Virus record (IMG/VR): IMGVR_UViG_3300025083_000017
Coordinates: 5,293 to 69,292 of that record
Length of the DNA: 64,000 bases
Direction: 5' to 3' (one strand)
DNA from: a virus
This document shows, piece after piece, positions 26,644 through 36,112 of this stretch. The notes below the pieces were generated by a model. It did no database searches. It saw only the letters and a list, made by a program, of their open reading frames with translations, and was not told the DNA's origin. The position numbers and the translations under genes are program-made. Within the stretch, counting starts at the first letter, position 1. Every line of letters starts with the position of its first letter.

Positions 26644-26663
26644 TTTAAACTCCTTGATCGTTT

Positions 26664-26831
26664 TTATTCGGTAAGAATGTGACGGCAGAACCTCCTTGCG
26701 GTGCTATCGATAATTTCGCAATCGGAAATACATTGAAAGTAATCTGTGACTTGATCTCGTGTCTCCTCATTAGTTGACTTGTCATCCCATTGCCATGACG
26801 CCAGTTCATTCCGTGATAAAAGGTCTTTCAT
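26664..26831 (-). CDS. 55 aa Cys-containing small protein resembling picocyanobacterial small proteins
   Basis: Manual translation MKDLLSRNELASWQWDDKSTNEETRDQVTDYFQCISDCEIIDSTARRFCRHILTE; GGAG RBS; own promoter and terminator. Confidence 0.75.
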   Translation of the reverse strand: MKDLLSRNELASWQWDDKSTNEETRDQVTDYFQCISDCEIIDSTARRFCRHILTE

Positions 26832-26851
26832 AGTATTCTCCATATCACTGT

Positions 26852-26885
26852 ATTATATAGTCTACTTTGTGTTAGTTTACTAACA
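26852..26885 (-). promoter_or_regulatory. Promoter with TATAAT -10 and palindromic operator TGTTAG-N4-CTAACA
   Basis: Perfect 6-4-6 palindrome at 26870-26885 over the -35 region. Confidence 0.6.
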
Positions 26886-26912
26886 TTTGTATATTTGTAA
26901 AATAACTAAACA

Positions 26913-27536
26913 TTATTTTTTTGAACAGTTTATATTGAATACTATTGATCTTCTGTATCCTTCATCGTCAAATGGTTTTACGTAGTGGTACAAATTTCCA
27001 GGGATAACATACAATCTTCCAACGATGGCGTCTACCGTAAATTCAGAATCAAATTCCCTAGAACCATTTGAGGAACATAGAGCGGTATGAGTAAATGCAT
27101 CGGTTCTAACCAATGTCAATCCTTCAGATTTTTTTGGGACCTCAACATAATATACACCGATAAGATCTAGTTTTCCGTGATTATGAATTACATTGTAAGC
27201 ACCGGGTCCATTCTCCAATAACCAGGAAAATATTTTATCGGCAAACAAGTTAGTATGATTTGATTCTAAGAAGTAATTAACAAACTCCTCAGTAAGATCA
27301 AATATTTTTTTTATATGTTGGAACTCAGTTCCAAGAGTAAACTGTCCATCATCATAACTACATGGTTTTGAATGCCAACCATGAACATTGGTTTTTTTTA
27401 TACCAGAATCTATATTCCTAAGATTAATAAAGTCGGATCTGACATCATCAGTATTGATAAGAGAAGTCAAATCAGTAGACACGATAAAACTAGGAAATAT
27501 ATTCGTATCAAGAAGGCAATCTGAAAATTTACTCAT
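26913..27536 (-). CDS. 2OG-Fe(II) oxygenase (TIGR02466-like)
   Basis: GWHS, HNH, GVYY, PGNLYHYV, RRSIVFN. Confidence 0.85.
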   Translation of the reverse strand: MSKFSDCLLDTNIFPSFIVSTDLTSLINTDDVRSDFINLRNIDSGIKKTNVHGWHSKPCSYDDGQFTLGTEFQHIKKIFDLTEEFVNYFLESNHTNLFADKIFSWLLENGPGAYNVIHNHGKLDLIGVYYVEVPKKSEGLTLVRTDAFTHTALCSSNGSREFDSEFTVDAIVGRLYVIPGNLYHYVKPFDDEGYRRSIVFNINCSKK

Positions 27537-29242
27537 ACCTTTCTAGAGAATCCTTTAAACTTTTCAAATCGAATGACTTGATTGAATTTATCTTCAATAC
27601 CATCCTTATGAGAAATGACGAACACATTTGTATTTGGTTGTCTATACCGAATAATTTTCATGAAGTCATCTGACCCACTCCCATCTAGACTACTATCACA
27701 AACTTCGTCTAGGATCATCAGGTTAGTGTTGACAGAATTTTTAACTCTAGATATTTCTCTCCAAGTAAAAAGTAGAGACAAGTCTATTCTCATCTTCTCA
27801 CCTTCACTGAAAGATGCGTAAGAGAAATCCTCATGAATCGGAGATTCAATCGTCTCGTTAAACTCTTCATCAAGTTTAAAGTTGATATAGAAGTCCATCA
27901 TCTGGAGGTAGTTATTTACCTGTTGGTTGATGAGAGGAAGATACTTCTTAATAATCTTCGCCTTGACTCCACCGTCTTTAAGAAGACTGTATACGAAATC
28001 ATGGTAGGAAATATTCTCTTTCCGTTTAGTAAGTTCATCATATGTTTGGTCAAGTGTACTTCTTAAGGTTTCTAACTTTTCATGTTCAGTATTTCTGTTC
28101 TGGATCTGACTGGCAACAGTTTGAATTTCTGATTCCAGTCCCCTAACCTGTTTCTGTAAGCTAGAGATCTGTACATTGAAAGAAGAAATTTCATTAAGTA
28201 CTTTTGTAGTGTCCTTGGTGAGTTGATTAAATTGTGATTCTCTCAACTCTTCGTCTTTAATTGCACCTTGGAGTTGTTCATACCCCTCACGCAACTCTTC
28301 TGCTTTATTTTGAGAATCACTAATTCTATTTACACGGAATGATTCTTCAATGTCCTGGTCACAGGTGGGACAAACCGTATTTTCACTGAAGAATTTATGT
28401 TCCTTTACAATAGTCTGTATTCGTTGTGACAATTTACCTTTGACATTACCAAACTCACGAAGTCTTTGTTGAACTCCTTCAAATTTTTCTAATGATTTAT
28501 TGAGTTCGGTCAATCTATCTTCTTCAGTTAAACTTTTCTGAAACAAGGTTTCGATTTCGGTATTGATAGATTCAATACTATTAGTCTTTGTGGTAATGTC
28601 GTCTTTACTTTGACTCTCAAGTTTATCGATAAAGTCTTTTTGCATATCGACTTTATCTTGAATTGATTCTTTCTTCAACTGTAGAGTCTTTGTCTCTTCA
28701 CGAATGATACGAATCTTGGATTTGATTAGATCATTCATCGATGAGAAGATTTTAATATCAAGAAGATCTTCTACAACTTCTCTACGACTAGATGCGGGTA
28801 GTTGCATGAAAGGAACAAAGGTAGAAGAACCTAATATCACAATCTGAGTGAAACTCTTATAGTTCATCTTTAGAACATTCTGTTCCAACCACTTCTGTTG
28901 GTCTATCGCAGAGTGTGATTGATCTAACTCCTCACCATTACGAGTAATCTTAAAGATATTTGGTTTGATACCACGCTGAATTTTCCACTCTACACTGTTG
29001 ACATCAAACTCAATCTCAACCAAACAACTCTTCTCATTTGTAGAGTTGATAAGTTGTGCCTTATTAATCTTACGAAATGACTTTCCGTACAAGACGAATG
29101 TCAATGCATCAAGAATAGTTGACTTACCTGCACCATTGGCACCGATGATAAGAGTGGTTGCAGTTCCATCAAGAATAACTTCTGTTGGTTGATTACCAGT
29201 GCTCAAAAAATTGGCCCAGGAGATTTTCTTAAAGGTTATCAT
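27533..29242 (-). CDS. gp46: Recombination endonuclease ATPase subunit gp46 (SbcC-like)
   Basis: GANGAGKST, CPTC hook, FSEGEK, LDEV, ISH. Confidence 0.97.
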   Translation of the reverse strand: MITFKKISWANFLSTGNQPTEVILDGTATTLIIGANGAGKSTILDALTFVLYGKSFRKINKAQLINSTNEKSCLVEIEFDVNSVEWKIQRGIKPNIFKITRNGEELDQSHSAIDQQKWLEQNVLKMNYKSFTQIVILGSSTFVPFMQLPASSRREVVEDLLDIKIFSSMNDLIKSKIRIIREETKTLQLKKESIQDKVDMQKDFIDKLESQSKDDITTKTNSIESINTEIETLFQKSLTEEDRLTELNKSLEKFEGVQQRLREFGNVKGKLSQRIQTIVKEHKFFSENTVCPTCDQDIEESFRVNRISDSQNKAEELREGYEQLQGAIKDEELRESQFNQLTKDTTKVLNEISSFNVQISSLQKQVRGLESEIQTVASQIQNRNTEHEKLETLRSTLDQTYDELTKRKENISYHDFVYSLLKDGGVKAKIIKKYLPLINQQVNNYLQMMDFYINFKLDEEFNETIESPIHEDFSYASFSEGEKMRIDLSLLFTWREISRVKNSVNTNLMILDEVCDSSLDGSGSDDFMKIIRYRQPNTNVFVISHKDGIEDKFNQVIRFEKFKGFSRKV

Positions 29243-29504
29243 ATTCTTCGTCAGGTGGGATTACAATGTCATTGGGGGTGATCACAGTATAACGGTGATC
29301 GTGCATTTCACAAGTTTTTATCATCACTTCATCATCTACTTCCAACACAGTCATTTCAGGATAACCAAGTTCTTCTAATTGCATAGAATATCTTGTTGCA
29401 TCATCTTCTTCCATAAAGATATAAAGAACCTGTTCTCCATCATCATCAATAACAGAATATGCTCCTTCTTTTTCTTTACCTACGACTGTGATAATATGCA
29501 TCAA
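29229..29504 (-). CDS. Conserved hypothetical protein
   Basis: 91 aa, between gp47 and gp46; F.EEDDA.RY motif. Confidence 0.8.
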   Translation of the reverse strand: MMHIITVVGKEKEGAYSVIDDDGEQVLYIFMEEDDATRYSMQLEELGYPEMTVLEVDDEVMIKTCEMHDHRYTVITPNDIVIPPDEEYDNL

Positions 29505-30541
29505 ATAACCTCACATGCTTCCTGATATATTTCTTTAATCAGGGATTGAATTAATGGTTTATTTAACTCGGTTTCAGACTCATCAATATATCTACTTAAG
29601 ATAGACATAGTGTCTTCTGATTCTTCTGCTTCAAACTCTTCACTCTCAATGAGTTGAAAGTTCTCTACAATCTTAAGGTCTGCAACACCAGTTGAATACA
29701 GTTTGTCAATGAATTTTTCAAACTTCTTGATGTCACTTTTCTTTCTTACGATGACCTTGACGATCTTATTCTCATACTCTGTAGTATTGAATGTTTGATG
29801 GTCGGTATCTTCGTAGTAGATGTTATAGAAGAGTCTGTGAGGATTATTTACCGGAGTGTGTTCTAGAGATTCTGTATCAAAAAGAGTGAAACCTCTGGCA
29901 TCTTTGACATCACTCCAGAACATTTCATAGGGATTACCGAGATAATAAACGGTCCCATTGTCGGATCGAGTGTGATAATGTCCCGAGAATACTTTTTTGA
30001 ACTTATCAAAGGATCTACTGTCGTGACCATGGTCCATGACGATTTGACTGTTGACTTTGAATCCATTGAGTTCAAGATGTCCCATTGCGACTGAACACTT
30101 GGTCTTACTGATAATCTTATTGGTTTCTTTTTGGTTCTCTTCATTGATCCAAGGAATAAAGAGAGTTTTAAGACCGCCCAGTGACACCTCTGTAGGAGAA
30201 GAATAAACCTCAACATTATCATATTCTTTCAGTAGAAGGTCTACTGCATTAACTTCGTTCGTGTTCTTGTAATATGCGTCATGGTTACCAACCATAAGAT
30301 GCATTTTGATACCTCTTTCTTTAAGAGGGTCGAACACAACTCTCTTGGACCACTTTAGTGCTTTGAATTCAATACCCTTACGACTATCAAATGCATCACC
30401 CATATGTACTACAGTATCGATACCTTCCTTTTCTAATGTAGGAAAGAAGATATCATTATAGAACTTTTCAAAGTAGTCGTGAAAGAGTTTCGAGTTTTTA
30501 CGAGCACCATAATGTGTGTCGGTTATGATACCAATCTTCAT
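29501..30541 (-). CDS. gp47: Recombination endonuclease subunit gp47 (SbcD-like)
   Basis: DTHYG, GDAFD, GNHD, GHLE, SGHYH. Confidence 0.97.
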   Translation of the reverse strand: MKIGIITDTHYGARKNSKLFHDYFEKFYNDIFFPTLEKEGIDTVVHMGDAFDSRKGIEFKALKWSKRVVFDPLKERGIKMHLMVGNHDAYYKNTNEVNAVDLLLKEYDNVEVYSSPTEVSLGGLKTLFIPWINEENQKETNKIISKTKCSVAMGHLELNGFKVNSQIVMDHGHDSRSFDKFKKVFSGHYHTRSDNGTVYYLGNPYEMFWSDVKDARGFTLFDTESLEHTPVNNPHRLFYNIYYEDTDHQTFNTTEYENKIVKVIVRKKSDIKKFEKFIDKLYSTGVADLKIVENFQLIESEEFEAEESEDTMSILSRYIDESETELNKPLIQSLIKEIYQEACEVI

Positions 30542-30543
30542 TA

Positions 30544-30921
30544 CTATTCCTTAACTTCCCAAGACCCACCAACACCACCTTCTAGATTGACCACAATATC
30601 TTGTGGTTCAACAGGAGTATATGGGTGTTGGGGTTTGTGTTCTCTATCCATAGGTAAAGATCCAGTCAAATCTCTACGAGATTGGTTTTTGATAACAATG
30701 AAACAATCTTTATTATACTTACGAGTACCGATAGGTGACTGCCACTTTCTATTGTACTCTTCACCAACATCAATACCTGAAACTTGAGTACCACCAAGTT
30801 CTACAGTAATCTCGTCATCTACAGACCAACCAAGTTTTTCTACATAACTAGCAACTAGTTCATTGATAGTTGGTTCTTCTAAGATACGTTCTTCTGGGTC
30901 AAGACTTCCATTCATAATCAA
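30544..30921 (-). CDS. Conserved hypothetical protein
   Basis: 125 aa ORF coupled to gp55. Confidence 0.75.
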   Translation of the reverse strand: MIMNGSLDPEERILEEPTINELVASYVEKLGWSVDDEITVELGGTQVSGIDVGEEYNRKWQSPIGTRKYNKDCFIVIKNQSRRDLTGSLPMDREHKPQHPYTPVEPQDIVVNLEGGVGGSWEVKE

Positions 30922-31397
30922 CCACCTCTTAGTTTTTGATGTACTGCATCTTTGATGCTATTATAGTCAGAGTAATTGCCACTGTCAAGTTCATTAGAGT
31001 CGAATACTTCATCGAAGTCACTCTTCTCAAGAATTTTATTTTTAATTTCTAGTTGCTTCTTCTCTTGAGAAATCCTTCTCAGGAAGGCATAGTAGATAAT
31101 CTGAGTGAAGTATGCAAAGGGATTCTTTGACTTCTCTGGATTAAAGTTATGAATATATCTTACACAGTTTTCAATACCATCACAGATCATATCATCCTTG
31201 AACATGTAGTTCACGAAGTTAGGTTTGTATGATAGATGGTTTGCAATCTTCAGGAAACATTCACCAATATACCTAGGAATAACTGGTTTGGGTTGGTCAT
31301 TGAGTTTTGCTGTTGCAACCTGTGCAAAGTAATTCTCAAGAGCATTCAGAAATTCCTTATTGTTTACATAGTGTTCTGTACTTCTTGGTTTTGGCAT
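30918..31397 (-). CDS. gp55: Late transcription sigma factor gp55
   Basis: HYVNNKEF, DMICDGIENC, NPFAYFTQI..AFLRRI. Confidence 0.97.
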   Translation of the reverse strand: MPKPRSTEHYVNNKEFLNALENYFAQVATAKLNDQPKPVIPRYIGECFLKIANHLSYKPNFVNYMFKDDMICDGIENCVRYIHNFNPEKSKNPFAYFTQIIYYAFLRRISQEKKQLEIKNKILEKSDFDEVFDSNELDSGNYSDYNSIKDAVHQKLRGG

Positions 31398-31437
31398 AAT
31401 AGCTTCAAGTCTTTAACCCGAATAATGTGTTGTACTT

Positions 31438-31466
31438 ATTATAACATGACCTTATCAGTTCGACAA
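31438..31466 (-). promoter_or_regulatory. Sigma70-type promoter for gp55 (TTGTCG-N17-TATAAT, extended -10 TG)
   Basis: Read directly on the minus strand. Confidence 0.75.
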
Positions 31467-31469
31467 GTG

Positions 31470-31498
31470 TTGACAAGAATACAAATGCCACATAGACT
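31470..31498 (+). promoter_or_regulatory. Antisense sigma70-type promoter TTGACA-N17-TAGACT
   Basis: Perfect -35 and 17-nt spacer; back-to-back with the gp55 promoter. Confidence 0.6.
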
Positions 31499-31533
31499 AG
31501 GCTTGTCCCGGTTGATAGATAAGTTATAGGTTC

Positions 31534-31917
31534 TTAGAGATTATAAAGTTTCTCTAAAACTTCTTTTGCATCATGAACATTAGAGATGTAACCCATCTTT
31601 CTATCTAACTTCTGAAAGTTACCTTTAGTAGACTTTCTTATGTACTCTTGATAGTTCATAATCATTTCTAGATTTTCAGATTCAGACATTGTAAGAACAT
31701 CATCTAGATTAATTACAAACAGATCTTCATGAGAAGTCTTTAACCATGGTTCAAATTTATACCCAGTAACAGAACCTCTGCTCTTTACAGGTTCTATCAT
31801 AATGGGATTTGATACCAGTAACATAGTTCTATCATCCTCATCAGATGCTGCTACCTTAGCAAATATTTCGTCACCACATTTAAGTTTTATGGTGGCGAAA
31901 AAGTCATCTTCTATCAT
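31534..31917 (-). CDS. Conserved hypothetical protein (Sm-like paralog)
   Basis: IKLKCGDEIFAKV...PWLK...VLTMSE. Confidence 0.8.
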   Translation of the reverse strand: MIEDDFFATIKLKCGDEIFAKVAASDEDDRTMLLVSNPIMIEPVKSRGSVTGYKFEPWLKTSHEDLFVINLDDVLTMSESENLEMIMNYQEYIRKSTKGNFQKLDRKMGYISNVHDAKEVLEKLYNL

Positions 31918-31930
31918 ATGCTCTCCTTGT

Positions 31931-33394
31931 TTAGTCTTTTATGTCAATAGTTAAAATATCGTAGTTGAACTGTTCAGAAACATAAATTTTGATACGTTCA
32001 ATAAAATGATTCAGTGTATAGTTTTTTCTTGAATTAATTGTAAAGTCATCTGCAATATCATAAAGTTTGGCACTCACTTTATCTTTGCCTTTACGTAGGA
32101 CTCTACCAATACTCTGCAAGTTCCGAATACGAGATTTTGATGGAGAGGCAAATATTACATTGTGTAGATTTTTAATATTAATACCGGTACTGAATGTTCC
32201 GTATGATGCAACAATGATAGCGTCTTTTTGTGATTCAGTAATGAGTCTGACTTGTTCCCTATCTTCTGCACCAACACCACCGTGAATAAAGAATACTCTT
32301 CTTCCTTCACTTACCTTATTATTTATCATCTCATATAAAATTGCACCATGAGACTCAACACGACTGAATAATACGAGAGTATTACCTTTCATATCACAAG
32401 AAAGATTTGTAATAAATTTATTTCTCATCTCGTGAGAGATGAGATGCTGAATCTCATCCTCATAGGTATCAAACTTTTTGGGTCTATACTTTAATACGAG
32501 ACATTGAATATCAAGTGTCGCAAGATGACCTTCATCAATCAGTTTTTTTGTTCCAGTAACTTTATATGACGGTCCAAACAGTCCCTCTAACACCCACTTA
32601 TGGGTCTGTGTCCCGTCTAATGTTCCTGTGAATCCATATCTATACTTTGCATGATGTAACTTATCCATAATCCCTACAAGAGACTTAGACTTAAACAAGT
32701 GTGCTTCATCACCAATGATGACATCATAGTCCTCAAAGAACTTTCTATCCAATTGATAAACAGACTGCCAGGTGGTAATAGTTACTTCATTTGTATTGAC
32801 CCTCTCACGCCCTGCGTAGATACGGTGACAGTGGTTCTCTGGATCCCAACCATAGTCCTTGAAATCTTTATACATCTGCTCTACAAGAGATGTAGTGGGA
32901 ACAACCAATAGAATTTTATTACCTTTTGCTACATGGTACCTGACAATAGTGTAAATCATAAATGACTTACCAGATGCTGTAGGTGATATTAGCAACTTAC
33001 GATTATATCTTAACGCATCATAAACTGCTTCTATCTGATAGTCTCTCGGTTCAAAATGAGTAATGGACTTCATATAGTCCTTGACACCACCTAACGACAC
33101 AAAGTCATTAACTTCGAATGGTGGTCCGTAAAATTTATTATTCTCAAACTTATATGTGTAACCTGAAGTCTCACAAAATGCAATAATTTTATCTAGAAGA
33201 CCTACATAGATCCTCTTCGTCTTCATATTATAAAGATGTATCTCACCGTTCCAATGCCTACTCCTATACTGTGGCATGAACTTTTTTGATTCCACTTCAA
33301 AGGTAAAGCGGTCTCTGAGTTCATACTCTACATGTGGTTCGGTTGTTATTTTTAGATATACTTCGTTTACCTTCTCAATTGTCAAATGAGACAT
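31931..33394 (-). CDS. uvsW: SF2 helicase UvsW
   Basis: PRDYQ, SPTASGKS, DEAH, TGT, QSIGRVLR. Confidence 0.96.
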   Translation of the reverse strand: MSHLTIEKVNEVYLKITTEPHVEYELRDRFTFEVESKKFMPQYRSRHWNGEIHLYNMKTKRIYVGLLDKIIAFCETSGYTYKFENNKFYGPPFEVNDFVSLGGVKDYMKSITHFEPRDYQIEAVYDALRYNRKLLISPTASGKSFMIYTIVRYHVAKGNKILLVVPTTSLVEQMYKDFKDYGWDPENHCHRIYAGRERVNTNEVTITTWQSVYQLDRKFFEDYDVIIGDEAHLFKSKSLVGIMDKLHHAKYRYGFTGTLDGTQTHKWVLEGLFGPSYKVTGTKKLIDEGHLATLDIQCLVLKYRPKKFDTYEDEIQHLISHEMRNKFITNLSCDMKGNTLVLFSRVESHGAILYEMINNKVSEGRRVFFIHGGVGAEDREQVRLITESQKDAIIVASYGTFSTGINIKNLHNVIFASPSKSRIRNLQSIGRVLRKGKDKVSAKLYDIADDFTINSRKNYTLNHFIERIKIYVSEQFNYDILTIDIKD

Positions 33395-33422
33395 GATGTA
33401 ACTTTTCAGTTACTATTATTTA

Positions 33423-33605
33423 TTACATATTGTCAAATCTATGTTCTAATATAATTCTATAAAAATTATCTCTCATCATGATAAGGTCTTCTTGTTCTTG
33501 AGCATCACCACCAGGCCATCTCTGAACTGCCTGAGATAAACCTGTGTGAATGAGACGAATACCTTCTATAGGTAATTCTATATGATAATAACCTTCCTCA
33601 TCCAT
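33423..33605 (-). CDS. Small hypothetical protein
   Basis: 60 aa; TAATG coupling to uvsY. Confidence 0.7.
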   Translation of the reverse strand: MDEEGYYHIELPIEGIRLIHTGLSQAVQRWPGGDAQEQEDLIMMRDNFYRIILEHRFDNM

Positions 33606-34039
33606 TAACCTGCCCCAGATGTGAACCTCATATAGTCAATTGAGTTTTTAATTTGATATGTTCTATTAGTTATCTGTTTTAAAATCTCTTCAATATACTT
33701 CAACATGACATCGTAATATTCTATCTTCAACGAAACTCCTGAGAGTTTCTCATCTGCGTCAAGATACTTTGACATAGTGTCTTTATCTCGGATCTTTTTG
33801 GGAAACGGATTTTCGATATAAACATCTGGATCTGCCTTACCTGCGTAGAATTCATATCTCTCATGACGAATGTTTTTCTTTTGTTGTTCTGCTTTCTTCC
33901 TCAACAACATGAGGTTATTATAAATGTCATAATATTTTGCATGCAAAACAGGAATGTTTATGGATTCTGTATGTAAGTTATCAATATCAATTTTAGAATC
34001 CTTTTCCCACATCTCTTGGATTCCGGTCAAGTCAATCAT
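33605..34039 (-). CDS. uvsY: Recombination mediator UvsY
   Basis: D..ID..L..ES..IP.LHAKY, YLDAD, R.YQIKN.I; synteny gp3-uvsY-uvsW. Confidence 0.92.
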   Translation of the reverse strand: MIDLTGIQEMWEKDSKIDIDNLHTESINIPVLHAKYYDIYNNLMLLRKKAEQQKKNIRHERYEFYAGKADPDVYIENPFPKKIRDKDTMSKYLDADEKLSGVSLKIEYYDVMLKYIEEILKQITNRTYQIKNSIDYMRFTSGAG

Positions 34040-34588
34040 TTAACAACAATCAAATGGTTCTATCGTATAGTTAAGATACTTGAAAGTAACGTCAGCTGTC
34101 AAGTATTCCACATCAGTCAATGTTGAGTCAAAGTTAATGTCAGACAGACTAGTCGGAAACATGTCTAAGAATTTGACTACAAACAACGGTGTATTTATTG
34201 CACTGAGTATCGTTAGAGTCCCATCAGAAGTTAAGTTAATCTCACTTCGTTCTTCTTTAGGTACATCCCAAGAGTTTTGAAATTTATAAATCTCGTCTAG
34301 ACTATCTGGAAACCCAAGACCCCTCATCCAGTTTTGGATTTGCATATAGTTCTCAAGATTTTGATCGATCAAAAATCTGATTCTTAAATCATTAAAATCT
34401 AAGATATCACCAACTCTAGGTATCATCTTTAGATAACTGGGTTGATTTGGAGAACCGAGTGTAAATCCAGGAACATTAATTGCGTTACCAAAAAACCCAA
34501 CTTTATCAGCTTTTGCTACTGAGAATCTAAATCCAGTGGCTTGTAAGAAGTTTCTATCGGTAACTTGTCCTGCGAATGAGTTTGTCAT
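34040..34588 (-). CDS. gp3: Tail completion protein gp3
   Basis: NFLQATGFRF, FLIDQNLENY, FPTSLSDINFD, VTFKY. Confidence 0.9.
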   Translation of the reverse strand: MTNSFAGQVTDRNFLQATGFRFSVAKADKVGFFGNAINVPGFTLGSPNQPSYLKMIPRVGDILDFNDLRIRFLIDQNLENYMQIQNWMRGLGFPDSLDEIYKFQNSWDVPKEERSEINLTSDGTLTILSAINTPLFVVKFLDMFPTSLSDINFDSTLTDVEYLTADVTFKYLNYTIEPFDCC

Positions 34589-34746
34589 TATTCGTTAATT
34601 ACGACTCCAGAATATCTGTGATGTTCTTCATTAGCATCTCCTTCATTATTAAATTGCTTCCTTTCAGTGAACATTTCTGTCCACTGATCATTCCCTTTAT
34701 AATAAACTTCTTTGTTACAAACGAGTTTCTTAATATGAGATGCCAT
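34588..34746 (-). CDS. 52 aa hypothetical protein (MASHIKKLVCNKEVYYKGNDQWTE...)
   Basis: Manual translation; ATAAATA at 34768-34774; TAATG coupling to gp3. Confidence 0.7.
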   Translation of the reverse strand: MASHIKKLVCNKEVYYKGNDQWTEMFTERKQFNNEGDANEEHHRYSGVVINE

Positions 34747-34773
34747 GGGTTTAAGGCAGTGATGTATTATTTA

Positions 34774-36093
34774 TCAGAGACCCGCATCGGTTAATCGTTG
34801 CTCAAGGGTTTCGATCTTTGCCATTGCTTCTTGCAATGCCTTAATTGCCATCCACATCATTTTTTGCTCTTTAACACCCTTCCTTGTAGTCGTCGAATTT
34901 GTGTCAAAAGTTGATAGGACTTGGGGGCTAACTGTTTCAATTTGCTGAGCAATGACGCCATAACACTTATCTTCAGAATTGTCTTGGTCATTAAAATGGA
35001 ATTGCCTCAATGTCCACTGCTTAAGTTCGCTCCAAGTGCTATCCATGTCAACAATGTTTTTCTTCTCGCGTTCGTCAGAAAGATTAACATTACTGCCAGA
35101 GAAATTACGAATACCTCCGTCTAGTGAAACATAGTATCTGTAACCATTTCTCGTTGCATTTGTGTTATAAATATGATTAACATTGAGATTATCTGATCTG
35201 TTAGTAACTACATCTACAGTTGCTGCAGAGCCTCCTATTATTTTTACGCCAGGAACACTGGAATTGGATGCACTTGTGGTGCCAATTAATACCCTGCCCG
35301 AGCTGTCGATACGCATCCGCTCAGTGTCACTTGTCCCGGTATGAAACTGAAGTGCATCACTAGAAGTTGAACATGTAATAGAGGCACGTTTGCTATTACC
35401 AGCGTCTTCCCAACCAATTTTTCCAATATCACCTGCGTCTTGACCAAGCGTAATTCCAAACTGTGGAGTAGAATGATTTATACCAAGATTGCCACCAGAT
35501 GTAATCCTCATCCGCTCGGCGTCATTCGTGAAAAATGACATTGAATCGTCATTATGGTCATACATCAATCGACCTACGTTAAAGTCTGAGTCTCCAAAAA
35601 ATAGTTGTGATGTACCTGTATCACTTGGTGCTTCTATTGTTAAAAATGTACCGTTACCTGTGGGTGATTTGATTACTAAACGTTCACGGTCGTCACTAAA
35701 TCCTGCAACTCCAATTACAACTCTACCCGAGCTGTCGATTTGCATGCGCTCGGCAGATGCCGTATAGTCGAAAACCTTAAGCGCGCTTGCTCCGTTTTGG
35801 ATACCGTAAATCTTAGAAGTATTAGTATCATTAAGAACTACACCAATGTTGCTAGTTGCACTAGTTCCTTGGATATTTAATAAGTTTGAATCCGTGACAG
35901 TAGTTCCACCAACTGTCATATTACCACCAGTTACCTGGAGACCACTCTGTGCAGTAATAATACCAACGGAATCAATATTACTTACATCTTCATAAGTGAG
36001 TGTACCTGCAATGGACACCTTGTCATTAGACCCACCAATAGTAATCAGATTACCACTACGGGGATTGATATTATTAGTGAGAATATTTGACAT
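34774..36093 (-). CDS. Tail-fibre-like protein with C-terminal peptidase S74 intramolecular chaperone
   Basis: Three ERM(R/Q)I(D/T)S(S/G)G repeats; SDEREKKNI, YGVIAQQI, KALQEAMAKIETLE; ATAAATA at 36114-36120. Confidence 0.85.
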   Translation of the reverse strand: MSNILTNNINPRSGNLITIGGSNDKVSIAGTLTYEDVSNIDSVGIITAQSGLQVTGGNMTVGGTTVTDSNLLNIQGTSATSNIGVVLNDTNTSKIYGIQNGASALKVFDYTASAERMQIDSSGRVVIGVAGFSDDRERLVIKSPTGNGTFLTIEAPSDTGTSQLFFGDSDFNVGRLMYDHNDDSMSFFTNDAERMRITSGGNLGINHSTPQFGITLGQDAGDIGKIGWEDAGNSKRASITCSTSSDALQFHTGTSDTERMRIDSSGRVLIGTTSASNSSVPGVKIIGGSAATVDVVTNRSDNLNVNHIYNTNATRNGYRYYVSLDGGIRNFSGSNVNLSDEREKKNIVDMDSTWSELKQWTLRQFHFNDQDNSEDKCYGVIAQQIETVSPQVLSTFDTNSTTTRKGVKEQKMMWMAIKALQEAMAKIETLEQRLTDAGL

Positions 36094-36112
36094 CGATCAA
36101 ATTACTTTTTTA

